DNA of 64,000 nt, taken from the IMG/VR virus record IMGVR_UViG_3300025030_000095, positions 1,111 to 65,110 of that record; one strand, given 5' to 3'. The position numbers were made by a program, and so were the translations under genes. The stretch comes from a virus (lineage: Duplodnaviria > Caudoviricetes). A model generated the notes under the pieces. That model saw only the letters and a list, made by a program, of their open reading frames with translations. It was not told the origin of the DNA and did not search any database. This document shows, in pieces, positions 35,624-42,893 of this stretch (position 1 is the first letter of the stretch; each line of letters begins with the position of its first letter).

Positions 35624-35824
35624 CTACTTAATATTCTGCTCCGCCTTAACCCTTCCATAGATCGCCAACAATCCACCTATGGCAGTGCCGGTCACAACAG
35701 CCAACTCCGCGATCTGATCCTGCGTATCCGCATTAACTGCGATGCCACACGCGCCGGCAATGGCTGAGCCTACCGCGATTAGTCCCCCCCATATGGCTTT
35801 GGATTTGTACCATTCTTTTGGCAT
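35624..35824 (-). CDS. holin-like two-TM protein
   Basis: KEWYKSKAIWG...LAIYGRVKA. Confidence 0.72.
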   Translation of the reverse strand: MPKEWYKSKAIWGGLIAVGSAIAGACGIAVNADTQDQIAELAVVTGTAIGGLLAIYGRVKAEQNIK

Positions 35825-35849
35825 TTGATTATGCTCCTTTCGCTTTGGC

Positions 35850-36059
35850 TTATTCGCTCCTGGCTATTCCTGCATTAGTCCACATAACCGCTTCCTCAAT
35901 CTTGGTTATGGCTAGCGATTTTTCTCTTGAATCAGGACATAGGATATCAATTATTTCAACGAAGGCTTTACCCATGTCCCTGATTTCCTCGAACTTTTGT
36001 ACTTGACCACCCTTTGGGGCGTGATGGGTAAAACGTTTAGCCAGTTCTTTTTCATCCAC
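35850..36059 (-). CDS. Acb2/Tad1-like helical hairpin protein (putative immune-signal sponge)
   Basis: FTHHAPK...CPDSREKSLAITKIEEAVMWTNAGIAR; GTG start after AAAGGA. Confidence 0.65.
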   Translation of the reverse strand: MDEKELAKRFTHHAPKGGQVQKFEEIRDMGKAFVEIIDILCPDSREKSLAITKIEEAVMWTNAGIARSE

Positions 36060-36234
36060 ATTGATCATTCCTTTCGTTTTGGCAAGCGATTGCGAATTTA
36101 CCATTTGTACAGAAAATATTCCAAAAAATATTCCCTTTTTTCGGTTAAAAATATTCCATAATGCATTTACTTGATTTAATATGCCGAATCAACCACTTCG
36201 CTTGAATAGATAGACTCTTAAATTTTTGACTGTT

Positions 36235-36384
36235 TTAATAAAAATATTTCCCTCTCGATAATTTGTGGATCATCCATGTGAGCGGGCGCGAGGCGATGGC
36301 GAGTGCTATAACTGCCCAAAATAATATGCAAGTCATTATTCCGTCATCCCTAATGCTTGGGATAAAATCTCGCAAAGAAAACAT
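36235..36384 (-). CDS. 49-aa single-TM peptide (not in ORF track)
   Basis: GAAGGGA RBS; MFSLRDFIPSIRDDGIMTCILFWAVIALAIASRPLTWMIHKLSRGKYFY. Confidence 0.45.
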   Translation of the reverse strand: MFSLRDFIPSIRDDGIMTCILFWAVIALAIASRPLTWMIHKLSRGKYFY

Positions 36385-36398
36385 GTAATAATCCCTTC

Positions 36399-37139
36399 TT
36401 ACCCCAAATACTTTCCAACCACTGCAGCCGTATCAAACTTCGTCTTCCCCGACAGTAAAACCTCGTTCGCGTGCTCAGCGGTTGATCCTCCCACAACAAT
36501 CAACCGCTTCGCCGCCATGGCATCCTTCGGCACTGACTTATCCACCCCCCGCACAAACACTGCGCAGTTACCGTTCTTGGCAGCTACATCTGCTCCTGCC
36601 CAATAGTCTTCCTTTGTGTTTAATAAAACTGCTACCTCCAACACGTCGCCATCCCCTTTCAAATCTCTAAATAATCTGTCCCACGGAAACCCTGAACCAG
36701 GGCAGTTGGGACGGTTAACACTATCAACCCGGTAGTGCCCGATGATATGGTCTCTGTCTATCGGTATTCCGTATTTCCTAATCAGATCCTTGTGCAGCCA
36801 AAGCGTTGCTTGGTATTGCTCCTCTGTAAGCTCTTCCCCAGGCTGCCCCTCATGCTCTATACCGATGGTATACCTGTTTGGATTCGTACCATCATATAGG
36901 CTCCAATTAGGCCTGTTTACTATCCCGGCATGCCACGCCGTGTCACCTTCCCTGACGAGTTGATCTATCGTTCCAGCTCTTGAAACAACATAGTGAGCGC
37001 TGGCTTTAGATGCTGTATTTTGCATCCACTCCCTGCATCCTGGATAAGCTCCTGCGGTGATGTGGTCCACGATGGCAATTACCTTTCTACCTGCCCTGCC
37101 AGCACTAAAGTTTAGCGATGGTTCCCAGTCTATGTACAT
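36399..37139 (-). CDS. endolysin (Amidase_2 plus CTP1L/CD27L-type cell-wall domain)
   Basis: IVDHIT, ASAHYVV, AWHAG, IGIEHE, GH...CPG; C-terminal IVVGG...LSGKTKFDT. Confidence 0.93.
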   Translation of the reverse strand: MYIDWEPSLNFSAGRAGRKVIAIVDHITAGAYPGCREWMQNTASKASAHYVVSRAGTIDQLVREGDTAWHAGIVNRPNWSLYDGTNPNRYTIGIEHEGQPGEELTEEQYQATLWLHKDLIRKYGIPIDRDHIIGHYRVDSVNRPNCPGSGFPWDRLFRDLKGDGDVLEVAVLLNTKEDYWAGADVAAKNGNCAVFVRGVDKSVPKDAMAAKRLIVVGGSTAEHANEVLLSGKTKFDTAAVVGKYLG

Positions 37140-37141
37140 TT

Positions 37142-37540
37142 CTAATCCCCCTTCTCCTCCGTCTTACTCTTCAACTTATCTAAAGCCTGGAAAAACTGTT
37201 TCGGTATAGGTATCCCAATATGTCCTGCATTCTCAAGGATAGATATTGTCTCGTTCGTAATCAGGCTATAAATGATTGTATTGCGCATAAAATCATTTCC
37301 GCCGATAAGGAAGTCTATTTTTTCAGCGACCACCACAAGTGAGATCAAGGCGAGCTTTTTGACTATTCCGCGCAAACCTTTTTGACTACTGAGCTCTTTG
37401 TTTATCCATGCTTTTGCTAACCCTGTGGAATAGTCGATAACGATGAAGATAACTAAAATCTGGACTAGAGCATCGAAACCTCCGATAAGCCATGAGACGA
37501 ATGCCCCTATAGCGACTAAATAACCCCAATAATCACTCAT
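37142..37540 (-). CDS. holin (toxin secretion/phage lysis holin family)
   Basis: IVIDYSTG, SSQKGLRGIVKK, NETISILENA; start reset to MSDYW. Confidence 0.92.
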   Translation of the reverse strand: MSDYWGYLVAIGAFVSWLIGGFDALVQILVIFIVIDYSTGLAKAWINKELSSQKGLRGIVKKLALISLVVVAEKIDFLIGGNDFMRNTIIYSLITNETISILENAGHIGIPIPKQFFQALDKLKSKTEEKGD

Positions 37541-37573
37541 CTTTCGCCATCCTTTCATGAAACCCATAAAAAA

Positions 37574-37595
37574 TAATCGCCAACGTTGGCGATTA
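37574..37595 (-). terminator. perfect 22-bp palindrome, terminator upstream of holin
   Basis: TAATCGCCAACGTTGGCGATTA followed by T run on minus strand. Confidence 0.65.
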
Positions 37596-37612
37596 AAAAT
37601 AAACTGCAATAC

Positions 37613-37646
37613 GAAAGACGCCAAAGTTATACTCCGGCGTCTTTTT
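37613..37646. terminator. intrinsic terminator-like hairpin
   Basis: AAAGACGCC-N13-GGCGTCTTTTT. Confidence 0.6.
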
Positions 37647-37860
37647 GTTCACTCCATTTATCAGGCGACAATCTAAAATCTACTAATTCTTTAGCTTCTT
37701 CAACGGTTTCGACTAACTTAGTTCTTTTTGTTCCGAAATCAACACGATATCCGTTTTCTGCATCATATTGCAAAATTGAATAGCCTTTATAAATTTCGAT
37801 TACTTTTGGATTTATCTCAGAAAATTCTCTGAAACTTAATTTACATTCTTCTATTTCTAA
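37627..37860 (-). CDS. cryptic 77-codon ORF lacking a canonical start
   Basis: Open frame LEIEECKLSF...EQKDAGV* directly after GAGGAGG; first codons TTA GAA ATA. Confidence 0.4.
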   Translation of the reverse strand, partial: LEIEECKLSFREFSEINPKVIEIYKGYSILQYDAENGYRVDFGTKRTKLVETVEEAKELVDFRLSPDKWSEQKDAGV

Positions 37861-38077
37861 CCGCCCCCTCCTCAGCGTCTTTTTGGTGTTCCAACAATTC
37901 CGCTACTCCCACTTCCAGAAACGTACAAAGCTTATCCAATGTCTCAAAATTTGTTGCCTTTGACCTCCCGTGGTACATCTCCGCCACTGTATTGCGGGCA
38001 AGTCCGGTACCCTCAATCACGTCTGATATTTTCAAGCGTTTGCGTCCCATGACTTCACTTAGTTTATTCTCGATCAC
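37841..38077 (-). CDS. Cro/C1-type HTH regulator
   Basis: KLSEVMGRKRLKISDV...TGLARNTV...TLDKLC. Confidence 0.9.
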   Translation of the reverse strand: MIENKLSEVMGRKRLKISDVIEGTGLARNTVAEMYHGRSKATNFETLDKLCTFLEVGVAELLEHQKDAEEGAVRNRRM

Positions 38078-38143
38078 GTTATCACCTCTCTAAAAAGATG
38101 ATAACATATTTAATTAAAAATATCAACACTATGATTATAATAA

Positions 38144-38172
38144 TTGACTCATTGACTAATTTACTGTATACT
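38144..38172 (+). promoter_or_regulatory. sigmaA promoter
   Basis: TTGACT-17-TATACT divergent from HTH gene. Confidence 0.65.
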
Positions 38173-38227
38173 ATAATCATAAGGTTGATCAAATACATTA
38201 GAGAGTTGATAAGAATCAGAGGGGGGG

Positions 38228-38416
38228 ATGAAGATGAAACAACTAACCTGCACCTGTGGACACACGCCAAGGCAGCCCAAGGCTGACCAAAACTGCACCT
38301 GCCAAAAATGCGGGAAAGAATACTACTACTCGCGGTCGCTTAGAAAATGGATGTTTACTCATCGAACTCACGAAGTGAAAGGAGGGATGACCAGTGAAGA
38401 AAGAATGCGCGTTTGA
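38228..38416 (+). CDS. small zinc-ribbon protein
   Basis: CTCGH...CQKCG. Confidence 0.65.
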   Translation: MKMKQLTCTCGHTPRQPKADQNCTCQKCGKEYYYSRSLRKWMFTHRTHEVKGGMTSEERMRV

Positions 38417-38648
38417 GGATCTGCCCGAAAAACTCAGAAAAGTGGTTGCGTCTATGAAAGAGTGTGCGGTACCGCTTGAGATTATTCGATGCACATCTGA
38501 TCAGAACAAAGAAAACGCACGGTGTATAGTTCAAGACGGTACTGTATTCGGGATATTTGACCTAAGCAGAAAACGTGTGGCAACCACATGGATCGGAAGC
38601 CACGAAGTAATGATGCTAGCCAACGCAATAGAAAGCACCCGTCCCTAA
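38394..38648 (+). CDS. hypothetical protein
   Basis: GGAGGG RBS before GTG. Confidence 0.6.
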   Translation: MKKECAFEDLPEKLRKVVASMKECAVPLEIIRCTSDQNKENARCIVQDGTVFGIFDLSRKRVATTWIGSHEVMMLANAIESTRP

Positions 38649-38665
38649 GCCTGGCATCACAAAAG

Positions 38666-38694
38666 AAAGACACCCTTGGGAGGGTGTCTTTTTG
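38666..38694. terminator. bidirectional terminator
   Basis: AAAGACACCCT-TGGG-AGGGTGTCTTT. Confidence 0.8.
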
Positions 38695-38727
38695 TGTTGT
38701 GCGTATAATGCGTCTACTGCGCATAAA

Positions 38728-40821
38728 TTACAACGATGTAAACGATGCGTCAACTACACTTATAGTTTGTTTTTTCCATGTTGCCTTAACGTATACCATA
38801 GCAATGCTAGCGTTAGTTGTGTTCAATGCTTTGTTAACATAGAAACAGTTATTTGCTATATCCTTTTTAATGATTGTGTAAGTTACACTATTAATACTTA
38901 CAATGCCTCCGACGATAATACCGCCCGTTGTATTGGCATCGTTGCAAATAACCTTTCTTTTTCCATTTGTTACATTGACCAAATATGAATGTATTGCCTG
39001 ATCTTTATTCCACAAGCAACCACTCCCAGTACAGATATATTTAGTAATTGTTCCCGATGCCAAAGCAGACATATCATTGAATTCATTGTATTTATACCAA
39101 ATATCATTCGATGAATGCCCGACTTTCATCATAGTCGAAGCACCGTTTGTGCCAATACCTGCTAGGTTTAAACACTTGTTAGATGTATAAATACCCATTG
39201 TGTCATAAGGAATCGTGTTATAAATACATTTATCAAAGATGTTTCCAAAAATAACAGGGGCTGGTTCAGTAAACCATACTTCCACCGGATTATCTGGTGC
39301 TACATTTGTAACCATTTGAGTAAATCCGCTATATTTATTGCCCTTTAATCGGATACCTTCACCTACATCAGCTTGATAAATTTGACTATAATACGGGGAA
39401 TAAACATCTATTAATTCGTTGTTTTCTATGGACATAATACCTTGTTTCCACGATGCAGTTGTAGCTTGGATATTAATTCCTCGCCTTAGGTCTTTGATTT
39501 CGTTATTTGCTATAACGATGTCTTTTTCTGTTCTAACCGCAATTCCTTGAAGTCCGGCTGGTGTTAAATTATCAAAATCCAAAGGCGTTATGCCTTTTAA
39601 TTTATTCCCGGTGACTGTTGCATCCGATGCTCCGTACAGGCTTATTCCTGTAGCATTAGTGTTAATATCAGAGATCACGTTTCCGCTTATTAGGATTGCG
39701 TGATCTTTATAATTGATAGACTCCTCGTTATAATTTGTAGTTGCTCCAAAAATATTAATACCAGACCAATTAACCGAAGTATCATAACCGCATTTTTTAA
39801 GTATGTTGTCACTAATTATAATATTCTTTGGCTCTTCCCCATTATCCCAGGTAGCCATATATTCAAAGTGTATCCCATCATGGATTATATTTTCAAGGTT
39901 ATTCCCATAGATTTTTACACCCCTCGAACTCCCTGCAAATCCTATCCCTAATCCAGAGGAAGATCCCGTGTCGCTATAGTTTGCAATGTAATTATTGCAA
40001 ACAGTTATGTTTTCGGTATATTCATCTGATAGCCTTGTAGTTTTTATGTTTTCTAATGGAAAATCTGTCATTGCATGATGGTCATTATTAAACTCTATCG
40101 CATCATTTCTTTTTGCACCTAAGAACCTGTTTCCTTGGATAACGCCATTTTTACACCATCGGCAATCATTAGCATAAATAGCACCACCGTGGAGGTATAC
40201 ACCATCCGATGTTCTCGGTTCAATTTCCGCGATGCTTTCAAACTCACAATTTTCAACAAGAAACTTATCTACATAATCATCCAAGCAAACCGGATAATAA
40301 GTTCCTTTAAAAGTACAATCTTGAATTTCAAACGATGCAAGGTTATTGCGTTGCCCACTAATACAAATAAGAGAACCGCTATACATCTCTTTATAGGTGC
40401 ATTTTAAGGAAATACCCTTCATTTTAAAACTATGGTGGGCTAAAATTCCACTGGCCCAATGGTCGCCCCATTCCTGTGTTTTAAAGATAATTGTAGCATC
40501 TTTCTTGCTATATAAGAAAGAATTAGGGTACAGTTTTAATGCAAATGCTTTGTTATAAAGTATTAAATAATCAGGCACAACGTCGAACAATGCACAAAGG
40601 TATACGCCACTTGGAAAGAAAACTGGCACACTATTCGCATGTCCGTAATCAATAGCGTCTTGAATTGCGGATGTATCATCCGTTATTCCGTCACCCTTTG
40701 CCCCGAATCGCATAACACTTACACCCTGTTGCGTAGTTTCAGCCAACTGCGCATCAAACTGTGCCTGTGAAACGCCAATTATGCTTACCCCTGCTGACCT
40801 CGGGCTATCGTTGTATCCCAT
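38728..40821 (-). CDS. beta-helix tailspike / putative depolymerase
   Basis: FGAKGDGITDDTSAIQDAI...VFFPSGVY pectate_lyase_3-type start; repeated ISDN/ISGN/IANN beta-helix rungs. Confidence 0.85.
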   Translation of the reverse strand: MGYNDSPRSAGVSIIGVSQAQFDAQLAETTQQGVSVMRFGAKGDGITDDTSAIQDAIDYGHANSVPVFFPSGVYLCALFDVVPDYLILYNKAFALKLYPNSFLYSKKDATIIFKTQEWGDHWASGILAHHSFKMKGISLKCTYKEMYSGSLICISGQRNNLASFEIQDCTFKGTYYPVCLDDYVDKFLVENCEFESIAEIEPRTSDGVYLHGGAIYANDCRWCKNGVIQGNRFLGAKRNDAIEFNNDHHAMTDFPLENIKTTRLSDEYTENITVCNNYIANYSDTGSSSGLGIGFAGSSRGVKIYGNNLENIIHDGIHFEYMATWDNGEEPKNIIISDNILKKCGYDTSVNWSGINIFGATTNYNEESINYKDHAILISGNVISDINTNATGISLYGASDATVTGNKLKGITPLDFDNLTPAGLQGIAVRTEKDIVIANNEIKDLRRGINIQATTASWKQGIMSIENNELIDVYSPYYSQIYQADVGEGIRLKGNKYSGFTQMVTNVAPDNPVEVWFTEPAPVIFGNIFDKCIYNTIPYDTMGIYTSNKCLNLAGIGTNGASTMMKVGHSSNDIWYKYNEFNDMSALASGTITKYICTGSGCLWNKDQAIHSYLVNVTNGKRKVICNDANTTGGIIVGGIVSINSVTYTIIKKDIANNCFYVNKALNTTNASIAMVYVKATWKKQTISVVDASFTSL

Positions 40822-40832
40822 GTTTATTCCTC

Positions 40833-41486
40833 CTATACGTATCTTGATACGATGTAAGATGTGGCCCCTGTAACGAAAACTGTTGTGCTTGCATTGCCTC
40901 CCATGGGGGACATAAATGTTTTGCCAGGTGGGACGGTAATTGGAAGTCCATTAACGGTAAATACCCCTGTATTCACAGGGTCAGTATTATAAATCTCAAT
41001 TGCTCCAATGTTTGTTGAGAAAGTTAATACCCCAGCGACTGCGTTGGCCTGTGTTTTCTGCTCGACGAAGGTTTGATAGGGCATGCTGTCCGTAACCTTA
41101 ACTGGCTGGGAAATAGACCCAAAGGAGACGACATTTTGTCCTGCAGTTTGGTCGATACCAACCTTTCCGATTATTGCCGTGCTGGCTGCAAGAACCACCT
41201 TGGACAAGCGATCATATATACCACTCAGCCAACCGAGCTTTCCTGATCCCCCGGTTGGTACAGTTACTCCCGTTGCTCCACTTCCAGCATCACTGTCTTT
41301 TACGACATTTCGTCCTGCAGTTTGGTCAATACCAACTTCCCCCATAATGTTTGTCCCGGCCGGAAGGGGTGTTTTGACATTTACGTCAATCGCTCCACCT
41401 GCCCCCTTAGCTGCTTCAAATACGTTTGGAGTAGCTGTTTGGTATTGCGGTATTGGATTTCCGTTTTCGTCCCTTAATATTGCCAT
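40833..41486 (-). CDS. tail-associated structural protein
   Basis: LPAGTNIMG repeats; position in tail module. Confidence 0.65.
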   Translation of the reverse strand: MAILRDENGNPIPQYQTATPNVFEAAKGAGGAIDVNVKTPLPAGTNIMGEVGIDQTAGRNVVKDSDAGSGATGVTVPTGGSGKLGWLSGIYDRLSKVVLAASTAIIGKVGIDQTAGQNVVSFGSISQPVKVTDSMPYQTFVEQKTQANAVAGVLTFSTNIGAIEIYNTDPVNTGVFTVNGLPITVPPGKTFMSPMGGNASTTVFVTGATSYIVSRYV

Positions 41487-41496
41487 AGTGCACCTC

Positions 41497-41757
41497 CTAA
41501 ATTATTTTGCCAAGTATAACTAATCCACGTCCTACCACTGCCAACATAACTCGGTCATTAGCTGTCGGCGTATAGCTACTAAGATACGGGTATGTCCGGA
41601 CGCTAGCCACGCTCTCGCCATCGAACTTCACACTTGGCCTTCCGGAAGCATAATCCGCTGGTATTACGCCCAATTTAAAAACCAGGGAATTTGCTCCCTG
41701 GTTTTTCTGCGGCTTAACTATGCCCAAGAAATCCTCTGCGCTAATAAGCTTGCTCAA
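41497..41757 (-). CDS. small baseplate/tip protein
   Basis: GRPSVKFDGE...YTPTANDRV...VILGKI. Confidence 0.7.
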   Translation of the reverse strand: MSKLISAEDFLGIVKPQKNQGANSLVFKLGVIPADYASGRPSVKFDGESVASVRTYPYLSSYTPTANDRVMLAVVGRGLVILGKII

Positions 41758-42860
41758 ATGCTCACCACTTTTCTAATTCCGTGTTTCATTCTTGACCCGG
41801 CCTTCAGATCAAATCCCCAGGATATTTCCGAGTATTTATCGCTAATACCAAGCGCTGAAAACGTAAGAGTTAACATATCGTCGTCTGAATGCATGGGCAT
41901 TATAGCCGTTTCGAGCGTTACATCTTCGTATACTTGGCTTGCCTCATATGCCAACCTCTGAACCTTTGCGTCTAGTGTAGCCTGGTCAACACCTGATTCG
42001 GTGCCAAAGTCAACGATTGTTCTTCCCCTGTTCACCGTGCTCGTTGGGCTATCTATATTAGAGTTTGTGTAGGTGCTTGTTATCGCGGCTTGATCGGCCT
42101 CGGACACCACCCTTACCCATTTGTTAGGGATTCCAAACAAATCTAACGACTGTTCGACTTCCGGAAATATAACGCTCTGGTCATCGTCAACGTAAGTATA
42201 GTCACTAGCGCGGTTAGAAGGCAAAATATAAGGTTGAGCAACCGCTTGCCCAACCTCGTCAATGGTTATGGATTTGTAGTTTATTGCGCTCAAGAGATCG
42301 TTTATGATTTGCAACTTTGACGTTCCTGGGTCCCAATCTAAGTCAGTCGGTAAAATACTTTCGGTAGGAGTCAGATTTTGAGACGTAAGGCTCGCGCTAT
42401 CCAAAAGAGCCTTTACCGCCCCAATGTAATTAGCCCCTGATGTTACGGTATATCTACCCGTTACTTTATCGTCCACTAGGATCTGCAGGAGGTCGTAGGC
42501 GTCTACCTCTCGAATTACACTCCCGACTGTATTCGCTTTTCGCCTTGGGGAAGATAAAAGAAAAACACCCAACGGCCACGATATGAAGTCTCCGTCGGGC
42601 ATTTTCAACATGGTCCATGGCTGAATTCGATCACTTAAGAAATTAATAGTACTATCATCCAAAAGACTAAATTTTGCAGTACGCTTAATATTAGCCAGGG
42701 AGTTATTTTCTACGTGCCCATAGAGGACATTATTAAGCGTTCTTTTAAAAACGTTCGACCCGTCAAGTAGATCATACCTGAATCTAAGTTCCCTGTTCGC
42801 CGCGTGAAGGGATGCTTTTACCTGTGAGGCGGTATAAATACCTTGCTGTTTTTGCATCAT
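41754..42860 (-). CDS. tail hub (Tal-like) protein
   Basis: Position after the Dit-like gene; WPLGVFLLSSP, SPTSTVNRGRTI. Confidence 0.72.
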   Translation of the reverse strand: MMQKQQGIYTASQVKASLHAANRELRFRYDLLDGSNVFKRTLNNVLYGHVENNSLANIKRTAKFSLLDDSTINFLSDRIQPWTMLKMPDGDFISWPLGVFLLSSPRRKANTVGSVIREVDAYDLLQILVDDKVTGRYTVTSGANYIGAVKALLDSASLTSQNLTPTESILPTDLDWDPGTSKLQIINDLLSAINYKSITIDEVGQAVAQPYILPSNRASDYTYVDDDQSVIFPEVEQSLDLFGIPNKWVRVVSEADQAAITSTYTNSNIDSPTSTVNRGRTIVDFGTESGVDQATLDAKVQRLAYEASQVYEDVTLETAIMPMHSDDDMLTLTFSALGISDKYSEISWGFDLKAGSRMKHGIRKVVSI

Positions 42861-42893
42861 TACATATCATCCTCTATAACTAAAGCTTTACAT

